59,226 nucleotides of DNA from Oculatellaceae cyanobacterium bins.114 (GCA_033764315.1 JANRJA010000249.1:1-59226); one strand, 5' to 3'. Shown: positions 17,659 through 28,678, numbered from the stretch's first letter. The notes: generated from the sequence alone by a model not told the origin. Translations and numbers: made by a program.

Positions 17659-20021
17659 ATCGCAACCAAACACTTCCCCGCAAGGGGATTGAAACATGCT
17701 GCCATCAACAAAACCAAACTTGGCAAGTCCATCGCAACCAAACACTTCCCCGCAAGGGGATTGAAACGAATCGACGCTAACCAGCATTCTTGGTTCTGTT
17801 GAATCGCAACCAAACACTTCCCCGCAAGGGGATTGAAACTAAAAGTTATAGGGTCAAGCGATCGCCTTGCCTCATCGCAACCAAACACTTCCCCGCAAGG
17901 GGATTGAAACACTCAGTTAGTTATGGCGGCAGTGGATCGGGGGGATCGCAACCAAACACTTCCCCGCAAGGGGATTGAAACTTCGTCCGGTTTCTGCGTT
18001 CCCACCTGTAGCCATTATCGCAACCAAACACTTCCCCGCAAGGGGATTGAAACACATCAGAGGAGGTTAGAGGATGGGGCAGTCCATTATCGCAACCAAA
18101 CACTTCCCCGCAAGGGGATTGAAACAGTAGTGCTCTCAGTGGTTCTGATATCGAGAGCAAGTTATGGGAATCGCAACCAAACACTTCCCCGCAAGGGGAT
18201 TGAAACGTCTGGCGATCGCTCTAGTCCACAGAAATTTTTATATCGCAACCAAACACTTCCCCGCAAGGGGATTGAAACCAACAAGCTGAGAATTATGGAC
18301 TGGTGAGCTATCATCGCAACCAAACACTTCCCCGCAAGGGGATTGAAACAAGCTCATTTTTGATGCTCCTTATTCAAGGTTCAAATCGCAACCAAACACT
18401 TCCCCGCAAGGGGATTGAAACCCGTAGATCGTCCCCCAGAACTCAAAGTTGCCAAATCGCAACCAAACACTTCCCCGCAAGGGGATTGAAACTTGATCCA
18501 ACCTGGTGGCATTGCGGTCGGACTGGCATCGCAACCAAACACTTCCCCGCAAGGGGATTGAAACTGACGAGTCAATGCTTGGCGGTTAAGCATGAATCAT
18601 CGCAACCAAACACTTCCCCGCAAGGGGATTGAAACTACCCTACAGTCCAAATGAGTTTAGCGAGATCATCATCGCAACCAAACACTTCCCCGCAAGGGGA
18701 TTGAAACCCCCAAGTAAAAGGTTTTTCCCGTCTGGGCTAATACATCGCAACCAAACACTTCCCCGCAAGGGGATTGAAACAAAAGATTCCTACTTTGAAA
18801 TTGGTCAGGTAAAACATCGCAACCAAACACTTCCCCGCAAGGGGATTGAAACTTCAAGAATATCGGCAGCAAACTTAGTTACGAAAGATCGCAACCAAAC
18901 ACTTCCCCGCAAGGGGATTGAAACTTCAATGTCAAACTCTGTATTGTGTTTATCACAATAGGATCGCAACCAAACACTTCCCCGCAAGGGGATTGAAACT
19001 GAGGGGTTGAGATGGCGTGGGGCATGGAGCAACATCGCAACCAAACACTTCCCCGCAAGGGGATTGAAACTCAGCGATCGCTACTGGCACCAAATAACCA
19101 ATGGGATATCGCAACCAAACACTTCCCCGCAAGGGGATTGAAACTAGCAGTCTTTACGATTTCAGATACCCCAACACCTTCAGTCGCAACCAAACACTTC
19201 CCCGCAAGGGGATTGAAACACACCAGCCGAAGCCGACACAGTAGCCCCGGCCTTAGTCCGGTCGCAACCAAACACTTCCCCGCAAGGGGATTGAAACAGC
19301 TAAGAGGCAGGCTGTTGCTCGTGCTGCTTCTGGTCGCAACCAAACACTTCCCCGCAAGGGGATTGAAACAGTTCTGGGGGAAGTGAGGAATTAACGGCAG
19401 GACTGGCAAGTCGCAACCAAACACTTCCCCGCAAGGGGATTGAAACTGAAAATTATGCAGCATGGCCAACCCACAAACACAGTCGCAACCAAACACTTCC
19501 CCGCAAGGGGATTGAAACCCATTGCTTTAGCTAAAATGCCATCTAAGTGAAGGTCGCAACCAAACACTTCCCCGCAAGGGGATTGAAACTTAGGCGGCAT
19601 TAAAGGACGATTAACCCAACGACATCGCAACCAAACACTTCCCCGCAAGGGGATTGAAACAGTGGCACTGCAAGAGGAGTTGATCGCCTCGGTGAGTCGC
19701 AACCAAACACTTCCCCGCAAGGGGATTGAAACCCAAAACGGGAATTGCTGCTCCCACTCGGAATAGCGTCGCAACCAAACACTTCCCCGCAAGGGGATTG
19801 AAACCTGATGAGTTGGAAGCTTTTGTAGAGTCTTTAAGTGTCGCAACCAAACACTTCCCCGCAAGGGGATTGAAACATCTGGGTGAGTGCTTTTCAGTTG
19901 GAATTGGAGCAGTCGCAACCAAACACTTCCCCGCAAGGGGATTGAAACCAATTTTATTGGCAATGTCATCAATACCGCATTCGCGTCGCAACCAAACACT
20001 TCCCCGCAAGGGGATTGAAAC
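17659..20021 (+). CRISPR. CRISPR array, 33 repeats and 32 spacers; repeat RTCGCAACCAAACACTTCCCCGCAAGGGGATTGAAAC (37 bp)
   Basis: Repeats counted directly; spacers 34-44 bp; CCCC-GCAA-GGGG hairpin and GAAAC end resemble cyanobacterial type III repeats; no cas genes in the window. Confidence 0.99.
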
Positions 20022-20060
20022 CTCGGTTTGATGGATATGCCAGAGCCATTACAGATTCCC

Positions 20061-20150
20061 GGTAGTGTGGGCACTGCCCACATTTGCCAAAACTGCCCAC
20101 ATTTCCCAAAAGCCTTGACTATGGAGTTTTGTGGGCGATGCCCACCCTAC
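20061..20150. repeat. GTAG-type REP doublet in inverted orientation
   Basis: GTAGTGTGGGCACTGCCCACA ... TGTGGGCGATGCCCACCCTAC. Confidence 0.75.
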
Positions 20151-20229
20151 AATTTATGGTTTATCCAAGTGGCAACCGCTGTAAGATTTAAGGAGGGTTG
20201 GGGAGGATCGAAGGGCTTTAAAACACTAC

Positions 20230-21018
20230 CTAAGCATTTGACTGCACAAAGCGGCGTTCTGCCTCAGCCCAATTCACAACATTCCACCAATTGCTGAGAT
20301 ATTCAGGACGACGGTTTTGATACTTGAGATAATAGGCGTGTTCCCACACATCATTTCCCAAAATTGGATATATCCCTTCATGAATCGGATTATTTTGATT
20401 TTGAGTGGTCATAATTTGCAATTCCCCTTGAGGGTTTCGCACGAGCCAAACCCAACCACTACCAAAGCGATTGGCTCCTGCCTGATTAAATTGCTGCTTA
20501 AAGGTGTCAAAACTGCCAAAGGTGTTGTTGATTGCTTCTGCTAGAGTGCCTGTTGGTTCACCCCCTGCATTAGGAGCCATAATTTGCCAAAAGATGGTGT
20601 GGTTGAGATGACCACCACCATTATTTCGCACGATCGGACGAACATTTTCTGGCACGCCATCGATATCTCGCAGCAGAGCTTCAACGCTTTTGCCTTTTAA
20701 CTCAGGAGACTGTTCTATGGCTTGGTTGAGCTTCTCGACATAGGCAGCGTGGTGCTTATCATGATGCAAACGCATGGTTTCAGCATCAATATGGGGTTCT
20801 AGGGCTGCGTAGTCATAGGGCAGGGGTGGTAGCTGAGCGGGTGTAGCCAGTTCAGTCCCTGGTGATGCAACTGGCAGTGCTGACTGAGTTGGGGTCGAGG
20901 TGGCAGGCGTTGAAGGTGAGGCTTCTGACTCTGTTGCTGGGGCTTGGCAGGAGATAACCAGAATTAACAACAAAATCCCAATTAATACAAAACTAAAATG
21001 TCGAAGAAATTTTTTCAT
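20230..21018 (-). CDS. sodA: Superoxide dismutase (probably Mn) with N-terminal membrane/lipoprotein anchor
   Basis: [27 protein letters not shown]; hydrophobic N-terminus ending LVISC; Pro/Thr/Ser linker. Confidence 0.9.
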   Translation of the reverse strand: MKKFLRHFSFVLIGILLLILVISCQAPATESEASPSTPATSTPTQSALPVASPGTELATPAQLPPLPYDYAALEPHIDAETMRLHHDKHHAAYVEKLNQAIEQSPELKGKSVEALLRDIDGVPENVRPIVRNNGGGHLNHTIFWQIMAPNAGGEPTGTLAEAINNTFGSFDTFKQQFNQAGANRFGSGWVWLVRNPQGELQIMTTQNQNNPIHEGIYPILGNDVWEHAYYLKYQNRRPEYLSNWWNVVNWAEAERRFVQSNA

Positions 21019-21235
21019 GAGTCACGTTTTCAAACTAACACTACAGTTTTGCAGAAAACGGAACTCCTGTTTTGCAATGGCTCGTATCCATGTTGACTAG
21101 AGAGTGTTAATTTTTGGGGTAATACCAATTTAAGGGACACGCCATTGTTTAGCGATGTAGGTAAAATCTTGCAGATGTACTGTCCATTTTAGAGACTCTC
21201 TCAGGGACTCTCGCAGGGACGCGATCGCCTCAAAA

Positions 21236-21676
21236 TCATCCCTCCGCAATCATCACATTGTTAGATTTAATCACTGCAAAGACCTCTTTGCCTTTCTTTA
21301 AGCCCAGTTTGTCAGCCGAGGTGCGAGTAACAATGGCTACTAGATCAATCCCAGGGGCGATCGCCAGAGTGACTTCTGCATTCACGGTTCCTTTGATAAT
21401 TTGTTTGACTTTGGCTTTTAAGATGTTGCGAGCACTAATTTTGACGGCTTGTAGCGTGGCTGTTTTAATGGGGTCGGTCGCTTCGTCTTCCTCTAGATCC
21501 TCTGAGAAATCGGCTGCATCAACGTCTACAGGAGCAGTGGACTGCCCCATTTGCCGAATCATTTCACGCAAAATCTCTGTTTTAGTACGCTGGGTCTGCT
21601 GACATATGGCGTCTAAAATGCGTCGTTCTTCATCTGAGGATTGGAAAGTGATCCAGCCTTGCTCTTTTCTTGGCAT
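21236..21676 (-). CDS. Ribbon-helix-helix + TOBE molybdate-responsive regulator
   Basis: MPRKEQGWITFQ..RTKTEILRE; ISARNILKAKV TOBE/Mop domain; true start probably ATG 21676. Confidence 0.85.
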   Translation of the reverse strand: MPRKEQGWITFQSSDEERRILDAICQQTQRTKTEILREMIRQMGQSTAPVDVDAADFSEDLEEDEATDPIKTATLQAVKISARNILKAKVKQIIKGTVNAEVTLAIAPGIDLVAIVTRTSADKLGLKKGKEVFAVIKSNNVMIAEG

Positions 21677-21682
21677 CGTAGA

Positions 21683-21711
21683 ATACCAAATAAGTTGGTA
21701 TAAAGTTGGTA
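21683..21711. promoter_or_regulatory. Candidate operator ATACCAA-N5-TTGGTAT plus direct repeat AAGTTGGTA
   Basis: Perfect dyad immediately upstream of the regulator start. Confidence 0.5.
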
Positions 21712-21920
21712 CAATATCGTTCAAATACAATTCTAACGGTAAATCAAAACCCCTTGGATGAATTGAGCGATCGCTCTGAGGAGTATGGATTAAATAATCC
21801 ACACAATTAGCCTCATGGCAAGGTTTTGCATGCCTAAGTTCCTCCTTAGAAATTACATCTGGTTCAAGTTGCGTTCCTAAGTACCTCCTTACCAACCTTA
21901 CTTTCTCAACCCTAAGTCTC

Positions 21921-22718
21921 ATGAAACGAAGACGTATTTCTCTCTGGGTCAGTGCATTTTTAGCAACGCTATTGCTGGCAATCGGCCTTAGGGCGATCGC
22001 GCCTGTTCCTGCTAACGCTCAATCGGCAACGCTGTTAATTGCTGCTGCTGCTAGTTTGCAAGATGCCCTTGAAGAACTCGATCCACTGTTTGAATCTGCC
22101 AATCGAGGTATCACCGTTAACTACAACTTTGCGGCATCAGGTCCTCTGCAACAGCAAATTGAGCAAGGCGCGCCTGTTGACCTGTTTATCTCTGCTGCTG
22201 CTCGACAAATGAATGCCTTGCAAGAGGCAAATCTCATTGTCACCAATACTCGTCGCAACCTTCTCACAAATAGCCTGGTGTTAGTAGTGCCGCGTAATTC
22301 TACGCTGGGACTGACAGGTTTTCGGCAGTTGACCAATGCTAATGTCAGACGCATCTCGCTCGGAGAGCCTCGTAGCGTTCCGGCAGGTCAATATGCTGAG
22401 GAAGTTTTTAGAAACTTGGGTATTTGGAGTCAATTGCAATCCAAATTTGTGTTTGGTAACTCAGTCCGCAATGTTTTAGGAACTGTTGAGAGTGGTAACG
22501 CTGATGCTGGCGTTGTCTATACTACAGATGCTCGTATTTCAGATCAGGTCAGGCAAGTAGCAACCGCTCCCGATAACTTGCATTCTCCAATTGTGTATCC
22601 GATGGCAGTTGTGAGTGCCAGTCGAAATCAACAAGCGGCTCGTACCTATGCGCAGTTTTTAACTAGTAGACAGGCTCAAGCGGTTTTTAGACGCTATGGG
22701 TTTGGGATTGCTTCTTGA
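21921..22718 (+). CDS. modA: Molybdate ABC transporter substrate-binding protein
   Basis: Signal peptide; AAAASL, NFAASG.L.QQIEQGAPVDLFISAA, VPAGQYA, VYTTDA. Confidence 0.95.
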   Translation: MKRRRISLWVSAFLATLLLAIGLRAIAPVPANAQSATLLIAAAASLQDALEELDPLFESANRGITVNYNFAASGPLQQQIEQGAPVDLFISAAARQMNALQEANLIVTNTRRNLLTNSLVLVVPRNSTLGLTGFRQLTNANVRRISLGEPRSVPAGQYAEEVFRNLGIWSQLQSKFVFGNSVRNVLGTVESGNADAGVVYTTDARISDQVRQVATAPDNLHSPIVYPMAVVSASRNQQAARTYAQFLTSRQAQAVFRRYGFGIAS

Positions 22719-22754
22719 AGAGAAGTCTGAAAGTTGTTGAATGTAAGTATGATT

Positions 22755-22960
22755 TCCCTCATCCCCAACCCTTCTCCCCAAGGAGAAGGGAGCTAGAATC
22801 TGGTTCCCTCGCCCTTTGGGAGAGGGTGAGGGTGGCTTGGCGATTCATATCTCTATTCAGCAATACCGCCTTTTTAAGGAGGGTTAGGGGGATCAACCCT
22901 AGCATCGGCTAGGTTAGAAGACTTGTGTATACACCGTAGCCTTGACAAGGGGGACTCCAG
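22755..22960. repeat. Dispersed palindromic elements
   Basis: CCCTCATCCCCAACCCTTCTCCC..GGGAGAGGG and TTTTTAAGGAGGGTTAGGGGGATC..AGACTTGTGTATACACCGTAG. Confidence 0.65.
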
Positions 22961-22995
22961 AGGGTTGTTGATTTAGCGCAGCTTCACAGGTCAGA

Positions 22996-23871
22996 TCATC
23001 CAGGCGATCGCTTGACATTACTCAGTGCTTCTAACAAATGCATGTGCACCGTAGGAGAAGCAGCAATGACCAGACCCGGACGTGTGTAATCATTGCAGGT
23101 ATACAACGGGGGCAACGAGTTTCCATCATGGGTTGTGACGATATAACCTGACTCCTGGGCAATAAAGGCTAATGCTGCCCCGTCAATAAACTTGCCTGCA
23201 CGCAACACAACACCCGCCAAATCACCATTTAAAATACCATTCACATTGGGAATCTGAGTCTCTTTAGAGTAACTCGTCTCCACATCTAAGACTTGATAGC
23301 GATGGGTCAGGTAGGGAGCTAACAAATTCATGCCCCATCCCAGCAAAATAGTCGAACTGGTCTTATTCACATGCAGTGGTTTACAGGTTGGCAAATCGTC
23401 CATGAATGTTCCTTGCCATGTTCCTTCACCCCGCAAAGCATAGTAGTAACTGTCTTGTGCAGGCGTAAGGGCGATCGCCGCTTCAAACTCGTCCCAATTT
23501 AAGACCCCTAAGATAATTTGATAGTTAGAGTGTCCATCTAAATAAAATTGCGTGCCATCAATTGGGTCAAGCGTTACCAGGTAGTCGTTTTTGTCTCCTA
23601 AATCGATCGCCCGAAAATATTTAGTGTTATAAGACTGTTCATATTCTTCGCCATAAAAGCGAATATTTGGGAAATTGCCTAATAATGCTACTTCTATCAG
23701 GGTTTGAATTGACAGATCAGCATCACTTAAAGCAGCACCAAAAAAACTATCAGCATCTTTTGCAGGACGAGCTGCGATTCGACTTTGAATGGTTCGAGCA
23801 TAATTAGATGCAACTCTAAGGTGAGGCAATAGTGTTTCTAGAATAAGCCGAGGAGTGATTCGTTGTGACAT
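22996..23871 (-). CDS. Inositol monophosphatase family protein
   Basis: SDADL, FYGEE, LDPIDGT, D.AA..FIA.ESG. Confidence 0.85.
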   Translation of the reverse strand: MSQRITPRLILETLLPHLRVASNYARTIQSRIAARPAKDADSFFGAALSDADLSIQTLIEVALLGNFPNIRFYGEEYEQSYNTKYFRAIDLGDKNDYLVTLDPIDGTQFYLDGHSNYQIILGVLNWDEFEAAIALTPAQDSYYYALRGEGTWQGTFMDDLPTCKPLHVNKTSSTILLGWGMNLLAPYLTHRYQVLDVETSYSKETQIPNVNGILNGDLAGVVLRAGKFIDGAALAFIAQESGYIVTTHDGNSLPPLYTCNDYTRPGLVIAASPTVHMHLLEALSNVKRSPG

Positions 23872-24128
23872 AGGTAATTAGTTCTAGCAGTAAACTGAAT
23901 AAATTTAGAAACAAACCAGAGAGCCGATGGATATTGTACTCAAAATCGAGTGTTATAGAATTCAGCTATGATTTCCAAACATGCATTTTCACAACAGTTT
24001 TTATAACGGTTTTTATAACAGTCCTTACAACAGAACGTTTTGTAAAACGCTCTTACAGCAGTCCTATATTCAATCAGCGATACCCTAAAACCATTTGCAA
24101 TACAGTTTATCAAGCTAATTTACATAAA

Positions 24129-24222
24129 ATATAGCCATTCCAAATGGGTTGTGAGAGGCACATCTCTCAGGGGTGTACCTCTCACAACCTGCTAATCTCA
24201 CCAATGATTTAGGACTGCTATA
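24129..24222. repeat. MITE-like element (TATAGC...GCTATA)
   Basis: Internal GTTGTGAGAGG..CCTCTCACAAC hairpin; terminus shared with 112-140 and 59172+. Confidence 0.55.
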
Positions 24223-24239
24223 TATAAGTCTCATATCAA

Positions 24240-25757
24240 TCAAGGTAGCCATAAATGAGGTAAAAACTGATCTGTCCAACTTCTAACGGTGCGATTTAAA
24301 TCACGAGCGATTTGAATGTGAGGTTCATCTACTTCAACTGGAATGATGTTGGTAAAAGCTCCTTTGTTGAAGCGATCGATGACTTGATTAGCAGCTTCTA
24401 AACCCGTGACATAGGCTTTTTCCTGCGACCATGACCCATGACGGGTGATCACCCAATCGCCACTCATCAACACATTGTCAATAGCAGTTGTGACAGGCAG
24501 CATGGATTGATAACTACCTGGTGAAAAGTGAGTAACAGCTTTAGATAAACGCACAATGCTGTGATCAACAACAGTTGCAGAGTGAAACGCTGGAACACAC
24601 GTTGTTAAATCTCGATGCACCTTTGCCACAATCTGTTCATCTTCTAGCGGTAGCAATTGGTTGGCATGATAAAAGTCTGTTTCGATCACACTCCCTTCTG
24701 CATCTTGCCATTCATCATGCAATGCGTTTAAGTCAAAGAAAGTCCACCCAGTTGTGGTGTCAAATCCAAAACAGGCATTAGAAGGGTGAGGAATAGAGAC
24801 CTTGCGATCGAACCACAACCGGGTTGCCAAAACATCGATCGCCCCTAAATTCATCAACTGACAAAACTCAGGTAACTGTCGCAGATTGGGGCTGGCACTG
24901 ACTATCTTTTGCATGCCCGTCACACCCACGGCAAAGATCACTGCATCCGCCTCAAATACTTCGTTTTCACATACCACTCCAGTTGCCGTCAGAGTTCCAT
25001 CGCGTGTCTCCAAACAAACATCCGTGACCCGACGTTGAGTGAGCACTCGCCCACCCGCTGCTTCAATCTGCTCAACCCAGGGTCGAAAGATCAACTCTCC
25101 GACCGTTCCGCGACACCACACCACATCAAAATTAGGCTGATGCGCCAGGATAAAGTAATAGAGCATGCCCAACGCCGCCGCCGCAGAACACTGCTCTCCA
25201 GGGGCAAACAGACCCACTAATAACATTGGCTCAAAAGCATCCCGGTAGAGTCGCGCTGAAACGCCAAACTGCTTAAACAGTTCACGGGCTGTCACCGAGT
25301 CATAGCGTCGCCATGCTTCATCTGAATGATCAAAATCAATCACCGCATAGAGCAACGGCAAAGCAGAGAGGCGATCGCTCAATGGAAGCCGCTGAAACCG
25401 AGTGTAGAGAAACGTTCCTAACGGAGTTGGCAACCGTGGCTCATTTTGAAAGATAGGAGACTCAACCTCTAAGCCAGCCGGAGAGTATTGGGATGAACGA
25501 GTCCAGGGGGTAAACGGCTTCAAGCCCAACTCATCCACTAACGAAAAGATATTGCGATAGGGATACCAGAACCCATGAATCCCTGCTTCAATCGATCGCC
25601 CCTGAGCCGTTTTCCACCCAGCAACCAAGCCTCCAGGGTAAGCCCCAGCTTCTAATAACGTGACCTCGTATCCCTGTTTTGCTAGATGATAGGTTGCTCC
25701 CAACCCGGCCCATCCTGCTCCGATAACGACAATTTTTGGACGTTCTGCTTGAGACAT
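24240..25757 (-). CDS. FAD-dependent oxidoreductase (amine oxidase/phytoene desaturase-like)
   Basis: VVIGAGWAG, EAG.HGFW, SGDWV..SWSQEKAYVTG. Confidence 0.85.
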   Translation of the reverse strand: MSQAERPKIVVIGAGWAGLGATYHLAKQGYEVTLLEAGAYPGGLVAGWKTAQGRSIEAGIHGFWYPYRNIFSLVDELGLKPFTPWTRSSQYSPAGLEVESPIFQNEPRLPTPLGTFLYTRFQRLPLSDRLSALPLLYAVIDFDHSDEAWRRYDSVTARELFKQFGVSARLYRDAFEPMLLVGLFAPGEQCSAAAALGMLYYFILAHQPNFDVVWCRGTVGELIFRPWVEQIEAAGGRVLTQRRVTDVCLETRDGTLTATGVVCENEVFEADAVIFAVGVTGMQKIVSASPNLRQLPEFCQLMNLGAIDVLATRLWFDRKVSIPHPSNACFGFDTTTGWTFFDLNALHDEWQDAEGSVIETDFYHANQLLPLEDEQIVAKVHRDLTTCVPAFHSATVVDHSIVRLSKAVTHFSPGSYQSMLPVTTAIDNVLMSGDWVITRHGSWSQEKAYVTGLEAANQVIDRFNKGAFTNIIPVEVDEPHIQIARDLNRTVRSWTDQFLPHLWLP

Positions 25758-25781
25758 GAAATTTGATTAAATAGGGTGAAG

Positions 25782-26030
25782 TCAGGTAATTGCTTGACAG
25801 CCCTCTGGCTTGTAAACCCGCTCAGTTGAGGCAGGGTACTTTAGCAGCAAATCAGCTGAACGGTTAGGACGCTCTACTAACAAACCGTTACAGTTAGGAC
25901 AGCGACCCTGCAAAATGGTAGAGGCGCAGTTACGACAAAAGGTACATTCAAACGAGCAAATCACGGCATCGGTTGAAGCCGGAGGAAGAGCCCGATCACA
26001 ACACTCACAGTTAGGGCGTAGTTGAAGCAT
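25782..26030 (-). CDS. DUF1272-family zinc-binding protein
   Basis: MLQLRPNCECCD..ICSFECTFC..CPNCNG. Confidence 0.9.
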   Translation of the reverse strand: MLQLRPNCECCDRALPPASTDAVICSFECTFCRNCASTILQGRCPNCNGLLVERPNRSADLLLKYPASTERVYKPEGCQAIT

Positions 26031-26564
26031 AGGGCATTTTGTGAGGGTACAGAATTCTTTCTACAATACAACGTCCACTACCCAGAAATAGGGTGTAGCA
26101 CAACACCTGATGGCTCTAAACCCTAAGTTTGGATGACTTGAAGAGGCTGGTGAACAATTTGTGTGTGCCTACTAGGGGGATGTCTAGATTTCCCCTAAAT
26201 TGCACATCGCGTACACTTGCAACAACCCTGCACCTAAATTGACACACCCAAGATTTAGGGTAATACCAATTTAAACAGTGAACCTTGCACTTGACCCCAC
26301 CGCCTATGGCACCTCCCCTTGCCAAGGGGAGGGCGGGAGGGGTACTTTCAAATCAAATTGGTATAAGGGCAAGAGAGAGCATTGCAGTAGAGTTGCAGTC
26401 TTGCCCTCCACCACAAGGTCAATCGAACCGAGGCAAAGCTCCAACTTCTGTTAGAGGAATTCTTTAGTGTTTACAGATAGCCTTAACTCGTGTTGAAAAG
26501 AGCAAATTGGCTTGAGCAAAACAGATCTTGATAGGTCAACTGTCAAAACAGTTGTTACAGGTTT

Positions 26565-26635
26565 CATAGTCACTGTGTTTTTTCATAGTCACCATGTTTT
26601 TTCCATAGTCACTATGTTTTTTCACAGTCACTATG
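26565..26635. repeat. Four tandem ~19-20-bp units, each with palindrome CATAGT-C-ACTATG
   Basis: Directly visible. Confidence 0.85.
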
Positions 26636-26699
26636 CCTGCTCAAGCCATCTCATCTCTAGACAACACAATGTTTGAGCATAAAAAATGGAGTTTGATCA

Positions 26700-27064
26700 T
26701 GATAAACCTGATCTCTAATGCGATCGCCACAGTCAGTTCTTTTTTGAAAAAGCTTCAAGTTAAGCAATTTTTGGCGGTTGCTCTGCTTGGAGTCGTATTT
26801 TTAACCGTGAGTGCTGAGCCAAGCCGGGGTGAACGCGCGTTGGGTAAGCGAGTCAACGATACGGCTCACCAAATTGACTCTGAACGACCCAAAACCACCC
26901 GTGAGTGGAATCAGGAAGCCCGCCAAACCGACGATGATTTGGGCGATCGCGTCGGCAACATCGTAGAAGAATCAGGACAAGCTCTCAAAGAGTGGGGCGG
27001 GTTGTATTCTGACACGGCCAAGAGAAGTGGTCGTGAATTAAGAGATCAAACTGCCCGTGACTAA
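26700..27064 (+). CDS. Hypothetical membrane-anchored cyanobacterial protein
   Basis: TM helix then ERPKTTREW..EAR; start codon uncertain (26633, 26669 or 26700). Confidence 0.6.
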
Positions 27065-27337
27065 GAGGGTGTCTTAAAAGGCTAGATTTATGTAGCATTG
27101 GCGACTCAAGTCGCAGCTACATGAACAAAACCTGCCTTCGCAGGTTACAAAAAGCCTAGATTGGCTTGAGTCCGCGACGGCGGACTTTGTTTTTGTAGTC
27201 GCGGTTTTAACCGCCAAAAACTTCTCAGACTGTTTCTTTGCGTCTAGACTCATCCATCAACATATCAATCTGTCAATCGGGGTGGTTTACAGACTGCCTC
27301 GATTGTCTGCGTTGCTGTACTACTACGGGCTGTGCTG

Positions 27338-28516
27338 TTATTGGCTGGATTGCCTTGAAGCAGATTTAGCAAACTGCCGAAAAGCAACGATACTCAGTCC
27401 GCTGCCTAACCCTCCTAACAGGGTAAACAGCGATCGCAATGAGAACCAATGCGTCAAGGGTTGTAAACCGGCTCCACCTAACATCATGCCGCCATCAAAC
27501 CCAGCTAAAAAGAAGCTATACACTCGACCTCTCACCTCAACAGGGGCAGACAGAGAGACGATCGCTGACAGCACTGGAAACAAGGTGCCAAAACCTACGC
27601 CATACAAGATCGACCAAAACACCAGATATTGAGGCAAGAGTGACAACCCCAATAACGCGGTTCCTTCACAAAACAGGGCACCACTGACTAACCAGGGTTG
27701 GGGCAAAATTCGCTCCCACCGACCTAACCCAAACCGAACAAATACTGCAATAAACGCATTCAAACTATAAAACAAGGCTGAGTTGTCCATCAGCAGCGGC
27801 AAAAAGGTAACAACCCCCCCGTGTAAAAACGAGCCAATAAAAAAGAAAAACGTGGCATCCCGCACAGGAAACTTCAAAATATAGTTCCAGGGGAAACCGG
27901 TTAACGGCTCCAGTGTTGTTTGAAGCGATCGCCCCTGACTAACAACCCAGGGCAACGGCAGGCTTATAACCAAACCCAAAAGCGTAATGCCCAACATCGT
28001 TAACACCACTCCAGAGAACCCAACTACGCCAAATAGCACTGATCCCAAGAGGGGGCCTAACGAAAAACCAATCGTGTTTGACATGGCCAAGTAGCCCATC
28101 ATGGCAGTGCGACGCTCAGCAGGCACCAAATCGGCTAACAGAGTTTGAGAGGTGGTAGCAAACGCGGCTTGACTGATGCCGTGAAAAACCCGTATTCCCA
28201 TCAACCAAAAAGGATTGGGTGCCCAGGCATAAAGCGGCAAAATGCCAAGCATAATCAGCAACCCCATCCATAAAACAGGCTTGCGACCCCAGCGATCGAT
28301 TAACAGTCCAATTCCAGGGCGAAAGAACAACAGTCCCATTGCCATTGCCCCCACCACCAACCCTACAGGAGCCTTCTCTCCCCATTGTTGAGTGACATAC
28401 AGGGGCAACACTGGAAACAGCATTGTGACCTGGGTAAAAAATAGAAGCATCCCAGCACAGATGCAAAACAGCCAAAAACGGTGTGGCTTAGTGGGTTCTG
28501 AGAGGGTTGAAATCAA
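27338..28516 (-). CDS. MFS transporter
   Basis: About 12 TM segments; motif A G.LIDRWGRK. Confidence 0.9.
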   Translation of the reverse strand: MISTLSEPTKPHRFWLFCICAGMLLFFTQVTMLFPVLPLYVTQQWGEKAPVGLVVGAMAMGLLFFRPGIGLLIDRWGRKPVLWMGLLIMLGILPLYAWAPNPFWLMGIRVFHGISQAAFATTSQTLLADLVPAERRTAMMGYLAMSNTIGFSLGPLLGSVLFGVVGFSGVVLTMLGITLLGLVISLPLPWVVSQGRSLQTTLEPLTGFPWNYILKFPVRDATFFFFIGSFLHGGVVTFLPLLMDNSALFYSLNAFIAVFVRFGLGRWERILPQPWLVSGALFCEGTALLGLSLLPQYLVFWSILYGVGFGTLFPVLSAIVSLSAPVEVRGRVYSFFLAGFDGGMMLGGAGLQPLTHWFSLRSLFTLLGGLGSGLSIVAFRQFAKSASRQSSQ

Positions 28517-28678
28517 GGGGCGATCGCCATTAAGAGTGTGAGCAGTAAGTGTTTGAGGTGTATTGATGGTAGCAGTTAGAGGTGCGATCGCGGTTTGGAT
28601 GTCTCATCACTAAGGCTTGAATAATTAGTTCAAATATACTAGTATTGCCTTGATTTGAGAACAAGGTGAAGATCAATC

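Noticed and set aside
17696..19984. Self-targeting spacers within this window
   Set aside because: No match noticed by eye; a proper search is needed.
17492..20083. Many ORFs across the CRISPR array
   Set aside because: They are translations of repeats and spacers (FQSPCGEVFGCD, RNQTLPRKGIET), not genes.
21677..21922. N-terminal extension of the 228-aa TOBE ORF
   Set aside because: It would cover the modA promoter region; the recognisable protein starts at MPRKEQ (21676).
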